DNA of 64,000 nucleotides from Rhodomicrobium sp. (GCA_052145435.1 JBKQOR010000125.1:2872-66871), one strand, 5' to 3'; positions 42,094 through 53,330 are shown, counted from the stretch's first letter. Made by a program: numbers and translations. The notes: a model not told the origin generated them from the sequence alone.

Positions 42094-43691
42094 CAGCCGC
42101 GTCCCTCCTTGACGAAGGTGCCCGATATGGCGCGAACCTCATGAAGCGAGGCCGAGGGCGTGCGCCCCGCCATGAGGCCGCGCGGGCGCCAGATCATGAC
42201 CAGCACCATGGAGAGCCCGAAAATGAGCATGCGGTAGTCCTGCAGCTCGCGGAAGCGCTCGGCGCCGCCAACGAGGACCACGGCTGCGATCACGACGCCG
42301 AGCTGACTGCCAAGGCCGCCCAGCACCACAATCGCAAGGACGAGCGCCGACTCTGTGAATGTGAACGATTCCGGGCTGATGAAACCCTGCCTCGCGGAGA
42401 AGAATGCGCCCGCGAACCCGCCGAACATGGCGCCTATGGCGAAAGCGCTGAGCTTGGTGGCCACCGTGTTGATGCCGAGCGAGCGGCAGGCGATCTCGTC
42501 TTCGCGCAGCGCTTCCCAGGCGCGCCCAATCGGCGCGCGGCGAAGGCGCAGCGTGATGAAGTTGGTTAGAAGCGCGAGCCCGAGAATGACGTAATAAAGA
42601 AAGATAATCCGGTAAACCGGGTTATAGTCCAGCCCAAAAAAACTATGAAAGCTGGGGTTCGCCGAGCGCTCGAAGGGCAGGCCGAAAAAGGCGGGCCGAG
42701 GGATGCGATTGATGCCGTTCGGCCCGCCGGTGAAGCTTTGCCAGTTGATGAGCACGATGCGGACGATCTCGCCGAAGGCGAGCGTAACGATGGCGAGATA
42801 GTCGCCGCGCAGCCGCAAAACCGGGAAGCCGAGCGTCATCCCCCAAAGGGCCGCGAACAGCCCCGCGAGCGGCAGGCAAACCCAGAAGGACCAGCCGAGT
42901 TCTGTGGAGATCAGCGCATAGGTATACGCACCGACCGCGTAAAAGGCGACATAGCCAAGGTCGAGCAGGCCCGCGAGGCCGACCACGACGTTCAACCCCC
43001 AGCCGAGCATGATATAGATCAGGATCTGCGTTGCGGTGTCGACGGCGTAGCGCTGCGGCGGCCCTGCGATCAGGAACGGAAGCAGGACAGCGATGGCGAG
43101 GAGGCTTGCGGGAAATTCGCGCCCGAACTTCTCCGTCAGCACTTCGGGGAACTTCCCCACGCGATTTTTCGATAACAAAGCGAGGAAGAGCCGCAGCGCG
43201 CGCGCCGCCGCCATGGCCAAAACGGTGATGAAGGCCGCGATGCAAGCGAAGGTGAGAAGATCGGTGAGCGTCCCGGCCAGCCACGATTGGCTCGACGTCC
43301 ATTCGATGAGGGCGGTGCGAAGCCCGTCCGTCGCGTAGAGAGTTGCGCCTATTGCGAGGGCTGCGATGATGGCCGGGAGCTTGGCCCGCGCGGTGAGCCT
43401 CGTCGTAAACGCGAGCGTGCGTCCGCCATCCAATGGGCGCCAAACCAAAACATCGAGAAGGAAGCGCACCACAGCCACACCGCCCGCGAGTCCTAAGGCT
43501 TTGGCGAGATGCACCGTGACCTGAAGCCCGCCATTGGCGGCATCGGTGCGCAGCCCCACGAGCGAGCCGAAAAGCGCGAGCGCCAGCAGAAAGGCTATGC
43601 CTGCGTCGCGCGCGGCGCTCATGGCGTCCTCGCGCATGACGCCGCGTGCCGCACGCTCCGCCACCATCCCCGGTTCAGTTATGCCGGTCAT
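42093..43691 (-). CDS. livM: Branched-chain amino acid ABC transporter permease
   Basis: [43 protein letters not shown]. Confidence 0.93.
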   Translation of the reverse strand: MTGITEPGMVAERAARGVMREDAMSAARDAGIAFLLALALFGSLVGLRTDAANGGLQVTVHLAKALGLAGGVAVVRFLLDVLVWRPLDGGRTLAFTTRLTARAKLPAIIAALAIGATLYATDGLRTALIEWTSSQSWLAGTLTDLLTFACIAAFITVLAMAAARALRLFLALLSKNRVGKFPEVLTEKFGREFPASLLAIAVLLPFLIAGPPQRYAVDTATQILIYIMLGWGLNVVVGLAGLLDLGYVAFYAVGAYTYALISTELGWSFWVCLPLAGLFAALWGMTLGFPVLRLRGDYLAIVTLAFGEIVRIVLINWQSFTGGPNGINRIPRPAFFGLPFERSANPSFHSFFGLDYNPVYRIIFLYYVILGLALLTNFITLRLRRAPIGRAWEALREDEIACRSLGINTVATKLSAFAIGAMFGGFAGAFFSARQGFISPESFTFTESALVLAIVVLGGLGSQLGVVIAAVVLVGGAERFRELQDYRMLIFGLSMVLVMIWRPRGLMAGRTPSASLHEVRAISGTFVKEGRG

Positions 43692-43696
43692 GCGCG

Positions 43697-44611
43697 TTAA
43701 ACCTTCTCAACCTCTGGGCGCCCCAGTAGCCCCGATGGCAGAAAGATCAGCACGATTGCGAGAATGGAGAACGCGGCGACATCCTTATATTGCGCGGTGA
43801 AATAGCCGGCCCAGAGCACCTCGATCAGGCCGATGACGAGCCCGCCCAGCATCGCGCCCGGCAGCGAGCCGATCCCGCCCAGCACCGCGGCCGTGAACGC
43901 CTTGATGCCCGCGACAAAGCCCACGTAGAAATCGATGACGCCATAATAGGCAAGGAACATGAGCCCCGCGACGGCGGCCAAGGCTGCGCCGATCACGAAG
44001 GTGAGCGAGATGGTGCGATCCACATTCACGCCGCACAGGGCCGCCATCTTGCGGTCCTGCTCGCAGGCGCGCTGCGCCCGGCCGAGCGCGGTGCGGCCGA
44101 TGATGAGCGAGAACACCGCCATCAAGACAACGGTCGTGGCCATGATGAGGATTTGCACGTAGCTGAGGCTGACCACGAAGCCGTTGTTTTCGGTCAACGC
44201 ATAGCCGCCCCGGATGAGCGGCGGCAGCGGCTTCGAGCGCGCGCCCTGGGAAAGCTGGACGAAGTTCTGCAGTGTAATCGATACGCCGATGGCGGTGATG
44301 AGCGGCGCGAGCCGGAAGGACGAGCGCAGCGGGCGGTAGGCGATCCGCTCGATGCTCCAGCCCCACGCTGCGGTCAGCGCCATCGACACGATGAGCGCGA
44401 TGAGGAGCGCGAGCGGGACAAAAGTGATGGAAGCCGCGAACAGCGACAGGATCGCAATCAGCGCGATGAACGCGCCTATCATGAACACCTCGCCATGGGC
44501 GAAGTTGATCATGCCCACGATCCCGTACACCATCGTGTAGCCGATGGCGATCAGCCCGTAGATCGAGCCGAGGGTCAAGCCGTTGATCAGCTGCTGAGAG
44601 AAATATTCCAT
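43697..44611 (-). CDS. livH: Branched-chain amino acid ABC transporter permease
   Basis: [45 protein letters not shown]. Confidence 0.95.
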   Translation of the reverse strand: MEYFSQQLINGLTLGSIYGLIAIGYTMVYGIVGMINFAHGEVFMIGAFIALIAILSLFAASITFVPLALLIALIVSMALTAAWGWSIERIAYRPLRSSFRLAPLITAIGVSITLQNFVQLSQGARSKPLPPLIRGGYALTENNGFVVSLSYVQILIMATTVVLMAVFSLIIGRTALGRAQRACEQDRKMAALCGVNVDRTISLTFVIGAALAAVAGLMFLAYYGVIDFYVGFVAGIKAFTAAVLGGIGSLPGAMLGGLVIGLIEVLWAGYFTAQYKDVAAFSILAIVLIFLPSGLLGRPEVEKV

Positions 44612-44826
44612 CCAGGTTTCAGGCCTTGGCGCGGTTGCGTGCCTCCGTTTTCCCAGGATGTAGCGTAAACCTGCGCCGCGCGCCAATGCTTACTTTCGGG
44701 CAGAGTGGAGCAGTTTTTCCCAAAATGCGCAGGAAGTGGCCGGTTCCAAGGATAAGCTTATGCAACCGCGCGGCCTATCCCGCGTTTTGTGGGGATAGGG
44801 CCTTTTGGAACGATTCTGTACGCGAA

Positions 44827-45939
44827 TTACGACCGCGGCGTCACGTCCTCGATGTCTTCCGATTTCTGCTTGTCGAGCGGAATGCGGACGATCCCCTTCA
44901 GCGCTCCGAAGTCGATTGCCGCCACATCGAGCATGCGGACGCGCCGGTTATGCTGGGTGTGATAGTAGAGAACGCGGTTCTTGAGGTCCCAGGCGGTGGT
45001 CCACAGCGTCGAGCTGCGCATTCCCGCCGTGCTGTGCGACGGATCGCGCGATCCTTCCGATGCGCCCAGCGGCACATTGAAATTATCGAGAATGCGGAAC
45101 AGCTCGTAGATCGTTTCGGGGCCGTCCGCCGTCTTGCGGGCGGTCTGCGTCCAAGCTACGGCGCGCACGAAGCGCGAAGGCGGGGTGTTGTCGCCGGGAA
45201 GGCCGATCATGCCGCTTCCGCCTCCCAAGGGCTTGAAGTCGAGATCGGCGATTTCCCTGCCGGGCAGCGCCACAGGCGAGAGATTGATGTAATTGCGCAG
45301 GTTTGTCATGTGCCAGTCGAAGCCCGGCGCATTGGTAAGAACGCCGAGGGGATCGTCGTAAATGGCGAGCTCGCCCTTGGTATATTCGATGACGATGGCC
45401 TTGCCGCTGGGTTCGGTGACCAGAAAATGAATGGGCGCCGGAAAGCCCAGGGTAGGTTCGACCGTGGGCACGACGCGCACGGTTTGCATCGCCGCCTTGA
45501 CTTCGCCGATGGTGGTGAATTGCGCCAAGATGAAAGCCGCGACCTCGGTTGGCGCGAGTGAGCGGCCGGCGTCTGCGGGAACGTACTTCTGGTACTCGGC
45601 GAAGCCAGGGTGATAGAACAATCCCACGGCGAGGCCTTTTTCATTCATGCCGTCAAGAATCGCGTCTTTTTCAAAGCCATCCACCGCGGCGATGCCGTAT
45701 TTTCCCTTCCAGGTCATGCCCGGTTTGCCGTCAGGCATAAGGCTCGTGAATTCCTGGCCTCTGGGAATGAGGATGATCCTCGACTTCAAATCGAACGTGC
45801 CCCATTCCATGGTTCTCCCGTAGACAACGGCGCCATCGGTGGCTTTCAAGGTGATCCCTGTGCACGCGAGCGCGGGACTTTGCAGGCTCAGACAGAGCAG
45901 CGACGCAGCGGCGGCGGCCGCGGCAAATTTCCGGAACAT
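44827..45939 (-). CDS. Secreted choloylglycine hydrolase / penicillin V acylase family Ntn hydrolase
   Basis: Signal peptide ending ALA-CTG (N-terminal nucleophile Cys), YGRTME, DGMNEKGL, LTNAP, LPGDNTPPSRFVRA. Confidence 0.9.
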   Translation of the reverse strand: MFRKFAAAAAAASLLCLSLQSPALACTGITLKATDGAVVYGRTMEWGTFDLKSRIILIPRGQEFTSLMPDGKPGMTWKGKYGIAAVDGFEKDAILDGMNEKGLAVGLFYHPGFAEYQKYVPADAGRSLAPTEVAAFILAQFTTIGEVKAAMQTVRVVPTVEPTLGFPAPIHFLVTEPSGKAIVIEYTKGELAIYDDPLGVLTNAPGFDWHMTNLRNYINLSPVALPGREIADLDFKPLGGGSGMIGLPGDNTPPSRFVRAVAWTQTARKTADGPETIYELFRILDNFNVPLGASEGSRDPSHSTAGMRSSTLWTTAWDLKNRVLYYHTQHNRRVRMLDVAAIDFGALKGIVRIPLDKQKSEDIEDVTPRS

Positions 45940-46242
45940 CGGAACATCCCATCGTTTGTTAGTTCATCGAAGCCATGCAAGACGGATGTACAGTTTTGTA
46001 TGGAATCTAGGGGACACTAACCGAAACGAATTAATGGGCGTTCCCTTTAGGTTTTCGCATTGTTTAGAACAATAACTATCAATAGTAACTTTGACTTCTG
46101 GATGTTATTGCCAAGGTCGCGCCCGTTGTAGCGGAGAACTTATTCCGCCTTGCGCAAGCCAAGCCCCTTGGGCGCCTTCGAATATTGCCAATCCGCGCCC
46201 GGCCGCAGAGAACGCACCGGACGCGGATGGGAACGCGGATTG

Positions 46243-46485
46243 TTATTTTTTCGCGGCGTGATGGCTCACATGCGCCTTCGCCGCCTCGCCCGCGTGATGG
46301 GCCGCGAGCAGCGTATGCGCGTGCGCGGAGTGTGCGTGGTGGGCGGCTTTCTCAGGGGCGCCGGCTGCATAATGCGCGGCGGCCTCCTTATGATGCTTCA
46401 TCGCATGCTCGTGGTGCTCGGCCGCTTTGGTATGATGCTCATGCGACGGATGATGCGTGGCGCCGCCGGACGGGGGCTTGGGCAT
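46243..46485 (-). CDS. Small His/Ala/Lys-rich protein
   Basis: GGGAGAA upstream. 80 aa with 21 His, KAAEHHEHA...KAAHHAH periodicity. Confidence 0.8.
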   Translation of the reverse strand: MPKPPSGGATHHPSHEHHTKAAEHHEHAMKHHKEAAAHYAAGAPEKAAHHAHSAHAHTLLAAHHAGEAAKAHVSHHAAKK

Positions 46486-46834
46486 TTTTCTTCTCCCTGG
46501 TTTTGAAACTTTTGCTGCACTGCAGGCCAGCAGGCCGGTCAAGCCGCTGTTTGCCCAGAGTACAAAGGCTTATTGCCTGGAATTGTTCCGTTTAAGGATG
46601 GTCAATGCCGCACGAAACCCTTTCCTGGTGCCGCTTGCGCCTGGGGCATGAACCGCTCTCATGGTTAACGAGGCTGCAATCTTTCCATGTCAAGAGTGGC
46701 CGCCGGGCAAGCTTTCTCCTAGCCCGGTTGACGCCGCTATGCTGCGACCTCACTTGAGTTCGATAAGGTTCTAACTATTCGGGCTCGCGGCGGGCGGTTC
46801 GCTCACTGCGCGCCAGATCGAGAAGGATGCGGCC

Positions 46835-49369
46835 ATGATAGGTATATTGCTCACCATTGTAGCCGTCGCGGCAGTCTTTACCATCGCAATCCGGCGCGAG
46901 CCCCTTTGGGCGTGGGCCGCGCTTCTGGCCGCGGTGACGCTCTCGATCAAGCTCGGCCTTTTCGGCGGCGCACTGCACGTCCCTTCTTTCACGCCTTGGG
47001 CGCTGATCGGCTGGCTTCCGGCCATCGCGCTCGGGCTTCTATCCTGGCGTCCCATACGGCGCGAGGCGGTATCGCGGCCGGCCTTCCGCATGGTGAGCCG
47101 TGTGCTGCCGCCGGTCTCGAAGACCGAGCAGGAAGCCATCGACGCGGGCACGCTCGGCTTCGACGCCGAGCTGTTCTCGGGCCGCCCCGATTGGGAGAAG
47201 CTCCGCGCGGTCGATCCCGTCGTGCTCAGCGATGGGGAGCGGCGCTTCCTCGATAACGAGGCCGAGCAGCTCTGCCAGATGCTCGACGATTGGGAAATCC
47301 GGCACAATCAGCACGATATCCCCGAGCACATCTGGAATTTCATCCGCGAGAAGGGCTTCCTGGGTATGCTCATCTCCAAGGAGCATGGCGGGCTCGGCTT
47401 CTCAGCCCAGGCGCAGTCGCTCATTTTAGGCAAAGTGTCCTCGCGCAATCCGGACGCATCCATTGTGGTCATGGTGCCAAACTCGCTCGGGCCAGGCGAG
47501 TTGATCGAGAAATTCGGCACGGACGCGCAAAAGCAGCAATATTTGGAGCCGCTCGCCAAGGGCAGGGAAATCCCGTGCTTCGCGCTCACGAGCCCGTTCG
47601 CGGGTTCCGACGCCGCCGCCATGCGCGACGTGGGCTATGTCGAAAAGGGCATGTATAATGGGCAGGAGGTAACCGGCATCCGCGTCAGCTGGGATAAGCG
47701 CTACATCACGCTGGCGCCGAAAGCGACGCTTTTAGGCCTCGCCTTCCATTTGCTCGACCCGGATAACCTGCTCGGCAAAGGCAGCGACCCCGGAATCACG
47801 CTGGCCCTCATTCCAGCCAACCACCCAGGCGTCAAGATCGGGCGCCGGCATTTGCCGGGCGGATCCTCGTTCCCGAACGGGCCGACCACGGGCGAGAATG
47901 TCTTCATCCCGCTCGACTGGGTGATCGGCGGCGCCGAGCGCGTGGGCCAGGGCTGGCGTATGCTGATGAGCTGCCTCGCAGCGGGGCGTGCGATCTCGCT
48001 GCCTGCTTCGTCGACGGCCGGCGTGAAAGCGCTCTTGCGTTTCACCAGCGCCTATGCCCGCATCCGCAAGCAGTTTTCGATGCCCATCGGCCGGATGGAA
48101 GGCATCGAGGAGCCGCTGGCGCTGCTCGCCGAGACGGCATACACACTCGAAGCGGCGCGCGCCGTCACCTCCGCCATGGTTTCACAGGGGGCCAAACCCG
48201 CCGTGATCTCCGGGTTGATGAAGTATCAATGCACGGACCGGATGCGCAAAGCGCTCGATGCCGCGCTTGATATTCACGCTGGCAAAGGCATTTGCGACGG
48301 TCCCAGCAATTATCTGCAAGCGGCCTATCAAATCTCGCCCGTCAGCATCACGGTCGAGGGCGCAAATATATTGACGCGCAGCCTGATCGTGTTCGCGCAA
48401 GGCGCGGTCCGGAGCCATCCCTACCTCTATACTGAGATCCAAGCCGCGCAGAATCCGGATCGTGAGGCAGGGTTCACGATGTTCGAGGGTGCGTTCGAGC
48501 GGCACGTGGCGTTCAGCGTCTCGAACCTGTCCGGCTCGATTTTTCATAACGTGACACTAGGCCTCTTCGCTGGCGCGGCTCCTAACGCGCCCGAGCCGCA
48601 CTATTACCAGCAGCTAACCCGCGCCTCGACGAACTTCGCGCTGATGGCCGATCTATCGGTCGCACTTCTCGGAGGAGGGCTCAAAACTAAGCAACGCACG
48701 ACAGGGCGTATGGCGGACGCATTGAGCGAACTTTACTTCCTATGCTGCCTTTTGAAGCGTTACGAGGATGACGGCCGGTTTGACGCAGAACGCCCGGTTT
48801 TCGACTACGCCGTGCAAAAGGCCTTTCATAGTTTCTATGCTGCGATGCAGGACGCCATCGATAACTTCCCGATTGCCGGCGTGCGGCCGCTTTTGAAAAT
48901 CTGCGTGTTTCCTTTCGGCAACCGGTTCCGCAAGCCCAAGGACACCCTTGCCAAGGCCGTGGTGCGCGCCGTGCTTGAGCCAGGCGAAGTCCGCGACCGC
49001 CTAACACGCTACGCTTTCGTTTCCCATGACGAGCACGATCCAACCGGCCTACTTGAGGTTACCCTGAAAAAAGTGGTTGAGAGCGAGGAGGCCAGCCGGA
49101 AACTGGAGCGCGCGATCCGCGCCGGCACGGTGAAGCGCTATCTCGGCAACGACTGGATCAAGGAAGCCATGGATAAAGCTGTACTCAGCCAAGACGAGGC
49201 CGATTTGCTCCGTTATACCGAGCGCCTCGTGGCTAGGGTCATCGCGGTAGACGATTTCAGCGCCGGAGAGGTCGAACCGCATTATGCGCCAGGCGATAAT
49301 GTCCGTGCCGTGCTCGAAAGGCACAATCCGCCTGAAGAACGGCCGGCAGAGATGCACCCGGCGGAGTGA
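46835..49369 (+). CDS. fadE: Acyl-CoA dehydrogenase (FadE type, N-terminal TM, C-terminal DUF1974-like)
   Basis: VMVPNSLGPGEL, CFALTSPFAGSDA, WDKRYITLAP, ITVEGANILTR. Confidence 0.93.
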   Translation: MIGILLTIVAVAAVFTIAIRREPLWAWAALLAAVTLSIKLGLFGGALHVPSFTPWALIGWLPAIALGLLSWRPIRREAVSRPAFRMVSRVLPPVSKTEQEAIDAGTLGFDAELFSGRPDWEKLRAVDPVVLSDGERRFLDNEAEQLCQMLDDWEIRHNQHDIPEHIWNFIREKGFLGMLISKEHGGLGFSAQAQSLILGKVSSRNPDASIVVMVPNSLGPGELIEKFGTDAQKQQYLEPLAKGREIPCFALTSPFAGSDAAAMRDVGYVEKGMYNGQEVTGIRVSWDKRYITLAPKATLLGLAFHLLDPDNLLGKGSDPGITLALIPANHPGVKIGRRHLPGGSSFPNGPTTGENVFIPLDWVIGGAERVGQGWRMLMSCLAAGRAISLPASSTAGVKALLRFTSAYARIRKQFSMPIGRMEGIEEPLALLAETAYTLEAARAVTSAMVSQGAKPAVISGLMKYQCTDRMRKALDAALDIHAGKGICDGPSNYLQAAYQISPVSITVEGANILTRSLIVFAQGAVRSHPYLYTEIQAAQNPDREAGFTMFEGAFERHVAFSVSNLSGSIFHNVTLGLFAGAAPNAPEPHYYQQLTRASTNFALMADLSVALLGGGLKTKQRTTGRMADALSELYFLCCLLKRYEDDGRFDAERPVFDYAVQKAFHSFYAAMQDAIDNFPIAGVRPLLKICVFPFGNRFRKPKDTLAKAVVRAVLEPGEVRDRLTRYAFVSHDEHDPTGLLEVTLKKVVESEEASRKLERAIRAGTVKRYLGNDWIKEAMDKAVLSQDEADLLRYTERLVARVIAVDDFSAGEVEPHYAPGDNVRAVLERHNPPEERPAEMHPAE

Positions 49370-49396
49370 TATGGGACGTGCGTAGTGTGGTGCCGG

Positions 49397-49485
49397 CGTC
49401 ATTGCGAGCGAAGCGAAGCAATCCAGGGCCAAGTCCCTGAAGCTTCCCTGGATCGCCGCGGCGCCTTTGCCGCCTCGCGATGACG
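49397..49485. repeat. REP-like element CGTCATTGCGAGCGAAGCGAAGCAATCCAG...CTGGATCGCC...CGCGATGACG
   Basis: Long imperfect inverted repeat between fadE and fadJ. Confidence 0.75.
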
Positions 49486-49580
49486 ATGCGGCCTATGTTA
49501 ACGAGTATGCGCGGAGGCGGGGCCGGGAACGGCGCTGGGCACATTTCCCGCGCACGGTATGAGACGGAATAGGAGCGGTT

Positions 49581-51596
49581 ATGGTAGCGGATGCGGGAAA
49601 CCTGAAGCATTGGCATTTCCATATCGATGTCGAGGAGATCGCCTGGGCGGTGATCGACGTGGAGGGCCAATCGCAAAACACGCTCGGGCGCGGGCCCGTC
49701 GAGGAGCTCGAGGCAATCGTCACCGCGGTCGAGGCAGGGGCGCGCGACAAACAGGTGCGCGGCGTAATCTTCATGTCGGGCAAGGAGAAAAGCTTCATTG
49801 CCGGCGCCGATATCCGCGAGTTCGACAACCTCAAGACCGAGGCCGAGGTCACAGACGTTATCCACGCAGTGACCGCGATTTTCGACCGCATCGAGCGGCT
49901 GCCCGTTCCCGCGGTGGCCGCGATCCACGGCTTTTGCCTTGGCGGCGGCCTGGAGTTCGCGCTTGCCTGCCGCTACCGCATCGCGGACCGGGAGGAGGGC
50001 ACACGGCTCGGCCTCCCCGAAGTTAAGCTCGGCATCATACCGGGCCTCAACGGAGCCGCGCGCTGGCTGCGCCAGTCGGGTCCTTTGAAAGCGATGCCCG
50101 AGATGCTCGCGGGCCGCATGCTGCGCCCCTCCCAAGCGCGGGCGGCGGGCATCGTGGATCAACTCGTGCCAACCCATCACGAGCTGCGCTGGGCGGCGCG
50201 CAAGGCCGTTTTGCAGAGAAGGAAATCGAAGCGCACAGGTATTTATCTGGCCCCGCTTTTGGTGTTCGAAGCGGTGCGGCGTTATCTCGCCAAGCGCATG
50301 CGCAAGGAGACGGCGGCGAAGGTGCGCGAAGAGCATTATCCCGCGCCGTTCCGGCTGATCGATCTTTTCGAGAAGCATGGCGGAAGCTACGAGAGCTTGA
50401 AGCGCGAGGAGACGCGAGCCTTCGCGCCGCTGATGATATCGGAGCAGGCGCGCAACCTGCGGCGCGTTTTCCGCCTTTCCGAGATGCTAAAATCCGAAGC
50501 ACCGAAGGACGGCTTCAAACCCTTGCGCGCCCATGTTGTGGGTGCCGGCACCATGGGCGCCGATATCGCCATGGTTTGCGTTGCCCGCGGCATGGAGGTC
50601 TCGCTGCAAGACAACTCGGCGGAAGCGGTGGGCAAGGCGCTCGCCCGGGCGAAGCCGTTTTTCAAAAAGCGCTTGCGGACAGATGCGGAGGCAAAAAAGG
50701 CGATGGCGCGCCTGATCGCCGATCCGCAAGGCGCCCAAGCTCATCGCGCCGATATCGTCATCGAGGCGATCTTCGAAAACCTCGAAGCGAAACAGAAGCT
50801 ATTCGCGGAGATCGAGCCGAAGCTGAAGCCCGGCGCTGTGCTCGCAACGAATACCTCATCGCTGCCCATCGAGCAAATAGCGTCAGCGCTGAAGGACACG
50901 GGCCGGCTGATCGGCTTGCACTTCTTCAATCCTGTGCCCAGTCTGCCGCTGGTTGAGGTGGTGCGGGGCCCGCAAAGCCGGGAAGAGGAAGTACGCAAAG
51001 GCGCGGGCTTCGTGACCCGCATCGATAAATACCCGCTAATCGTCAAGTCCGTGCCGGGATTCCTCGTGAACCGGGTGCTGGCGCCTTATATGTTCGACGC
51101 GCTCCGGCGCGTTGCGGAGGGCGCGCCCAAGGAAAAGATCGACGCCGCTGCAGAGAAATTCGGCATGCCGATGGGCCCTGTCGAGCTTGTGGACGTGGTG
51201 GGCCTCGACGTCGCCCTAAGCGTTGCAAAAGTCCTGAACCTGCCAACGCCCGAGGACAATCCTCTGATGCGCCTCGCGGCGCAGAAAAAGCTGGGCAAGA
51301 AGTCCGGGGAAGGCTTCTATAAATGGGCCGGCGGCAAGTCTCAGAAGATGGAATTCGCCGCGGAGCCAGACGAACTCGAAGAGCTTGGACGCGAGCTCGT
51401 GAAACCGCTCGTCGAGGAGTGCGAGAAGGCACTTCAAGAAGGCGTTGTGGCAAGCGCCGACCAAGTGGACGCGGGCGTGATCTTCGGCACGGGCTTCGCT
51501 CCGTTCCGGGGCGGACCGCTGCATTACCGTGATTCCCTGAGGCAGACGGCTCAGGAACGGCCTTCAGAGGCAGTTGCAGCTCACGCTGCGGAGTGA
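49581..51596 (+). CDS. fadJ: Multifunctional enoyl-CoA hydratase / 3-hydroxyacyl-CoA dehydrogenase
   Basis: FIAGADI, GGGLE, LPEVKLG, VVGAGTMG, ATNTSSL, GLHFFNP, PGFLVNR. Confidence 0.9.
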   Translation: MVADAGNLKHWHFHIDVEEIAWAVIDVEGQSQNTLGRGPVEELEAIVTAVEAGARDKQVRGVIFMSGKEKSFIAGADIREFDNLKTEAEVTDVIHAVTAIFDRIERLPVPAVAAIHGFCLGGGLEFALACRYRIADREEGTRLGLPEVKLGIIPGLNGAARWLRQSGPLKAMPEMLAGRMLRPSQARAAGIVDQLVPTHHELRWAARKAVLQRRKSKRTGIYLAPLLVFEAVRRYLAKRMRKETAAKVREEHYPAPFRLIDLFEKHGGSYESLKREETRAFAPLMISEQARNLRRVFRLSEMLKSEAPKDGFKPLRAHVVGAGTMGADIAMVCVARGMEVSLQDNSAEAVGKALARAKPFFKKRLRTDAEAKKAMARLIADPQGAQAHRADIVIEAIFENLEAKQKLFAEIEPKLKPGAVLATNTSSLPIEQIASALKDTGRLIGLHFFNPVPSLPLVEVVRGPQSREEEVRKGAGFVTRIDKYPLIVKSVPGFLVNRVLAPYMFDALRRVAEGAPKEKIDAAAEKFGMPMGPVELVDVVGLDVALSVAKVLNLPTPEDNPLMRLAAQKKLGKKSGEGFYKWAGGKSQKMEFAAEPDELEELGRELVKPLVEECEKALQEGVVASADQVDAGVIFGTGFAPFRGGPLHYRDSLRQTAQERPSEAVAAHAAE

Positions 51597-51633
51597 TGAG
51601 TTCATTATCGGCTGTGGAGTGTGCGGTGTAAGT

Positions 51634-51744
51634 CCCCCCTCACTCTATCTCTCTCCCCGTCTGCATTCGCTAGCGAATGCAGACGCTCTAAGTGGCAAGC
51701 TCGCCAAGGCGAGCTTGCTGGGAGAGGGCTGGGGTGAGGGGGCC
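51634..51744. repeat. Modular CCCCTCAC element, copy d
   Basis: Reverse-complement layout of copy a. Hairpins GTCTGCATTCGC-TA-GCGAATGCAGAC and GCAAGCTCGCCAAGGCGAGCTTGC. Confidence 0.8.
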
Positions 51745-51774
51745 TAAGGCGGCTCTAAAGAGCGGGAGATTTCG

Positions 51775-53154
51775 ATGCAAACCATGCGGAAAGTGGCCAT
51801 CATCGGCGGGGTACGGACGCCCTTCTGCCGCGGCAATACCGGCTATGACGATTTAACAAATCTCGATTTGATGATGGCGGCCTTGAACGGGCTTGTCGAG
51901 AAATTTGGCCTTGAGGGGCAGCACATCGACGAGGTCGTGGGCGGTGCCGTCGTTACTCACGCACGGGACTTCAACCTGACCCGCGAGGCGGTCATCGGCA
52001 CGAAAGTCAGCGAGGACACGCCAGGTGTGACGCTCTCGCAGGCCTGCGGCACAAGCTTGCAGGCGGCGCTCGGCAGCGCGGCGAAGATCGCGACCGGTCA
52101 GATCGACGTGGCGATTGCCTGTGGCTCCGATACGGTGTCCGACCCTCCTATCGAGTTGAAGCGGCAATTCGCGAAAAGGCTCGCGCGGGTCAGTGCCGAA
52201 AAAAGCGTGACAAAAAAGGCAGGCACCTTCCTGAGCGGCTTCTCGCTAGGCGATATCGCCTTCAACCCGCCAGCCATCAACGAGCCGCGCACCGGCCTCT
52301 CAATGGGTCAGCATTGCGAGCTGATGGCGAAGGAGTGGCACATTGCCCGCGCCGATCAGGACCTGCTCGCCTATCAGAGCCACAAAAAGGCGGCTCGCGC
52401 TTATGACGAAGGCTTCCTCGACGATCTGCTGGTGCCTGCGGCCGGCGTCTTCCGTGACAACAATCTGCGCGCGGACATCGATCTTGAGAAGATCGCGCAG
52501 CTAAAGCCGGCCTTCGACCCCGAGCACGGCACGCTTACGGCCGCGAACTCGACGCCCTTGACCGATGGCGCGTCCGCTGTGCTGCTCGCATCCGAGGATT
52601 GGGCAGCCGCGCACGGGCTCAAGCCCATGGCGTATCTGACTTATGGCCAGCATTATGGCATCGATTTCGTGGACGCAGCGCGCGGCCTGCTCATGGCTCC
52701 AACCGTCGCCGTGTCGAAGATGCTCGACCGTGCGGGCTTGAGCCTGCAGGACTTCGACTTCTACGAAATCCACGAGGCGTTTGCCGCGCAAGTGCTTTGT
52801 ACGCTGAAGGCCTGGGAAGACCCTCGATTTTGCAAGACCATGCTCGGTAAGGATGCGCCGCTTGGGTCAATCGACAGGGCGAAATTGAACGTGAAGGGAT
52901 CGAGCCTCGCTTATGGCCATCCTTTCGCGGCAACCGGAGGGCGCATCGTGGCCATGCTCGCAAAAACCCTGGAAGAAAATGGCGGCGGCCGCGGGCTGAT
53001 CTCCATCTGCACGGCGGGCGGCATGGGCGTCTGCGCGATCCTTGAGCGGCCCCGCGACGGCGGCGCAGCCCATGCAGAACCTGAAACACCCGCAGTTGCT
53101 GAGACGCCGCCATCTCCGGCCGAGCATACGGAGCCGCCGGCACAAAGCTTTTAG
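51775..53154 (+). CDS. fadI: Acetyl-CoA C-acyltransferase (thiolase, FadI-like)
   Basis: [38 protein letters not shown]. Confidence 0.9.
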   Translation: MQTMRKVAIIGGVRTPFCRGNTGYDDLTNLDLMMAALNGLVEKFGLEGQHIDEVVGGAVVTHARDFNLTREAVIGTKVSEDTPGVTLSQACGTSLQAALGSAAKIATGQIDVAIACGSDTVSDPPIELKRQFAKRLARVSAEKSVTKKAGTFLSGFSLGDIAFNPPAINEPRTGLSMGQHCELMAKEWHIARADQDLLAYQSHKKAARAYDEGFLDDLLVPAAGVFRDNNLRADIDLEKIAQLKPAFDPEHGTLTAANSTPLTDGASAVLLASEDWAAAHGLKPMAYLTYGQHYGIDFVDAARGLLMAPTVAVSKMLDRAGLSLQDFDFYEIHEAFAAQVLCTLKAWEDPRFCKTMLGKDAPLGSIDRAKLNVKGSSLAYGHPFAATGGRIVAMLAKTLEENGGGRGLISICTAGGMGVCAILERPRDGGAAHAEPETPAVAETPPSPAEHTEPPAQSF

Positions 53155-53169
53155 AGGCGAAAAAGAAAG

Positions 53170-53330
53170 CCCCCTCATCCTGTCCTTCTCCCGCAAGGGG
53201 AGAAGGTACGCCGTTGCAACGGGCACGCCCTGCTCCCTCTCCCCTCCCGCATCCGCTTGCGGATGCGACACTCCGAGTTGCAAGCTCGCCAAGGCGAGCT
53301 TGCTGGGAGAGGGCTGGGGTGAGGGGGGCC
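53170..53330. repeat. Modular CCCCTCA element, copy e (composite of the c-type and a/d-type modules)
   Basis: Shares GTTGCAACGGGCACGCCCTG with copy c and GCAAGCTCGCCAAGGCGAGCTTGC with copies a and d. Confidence 0.8.
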
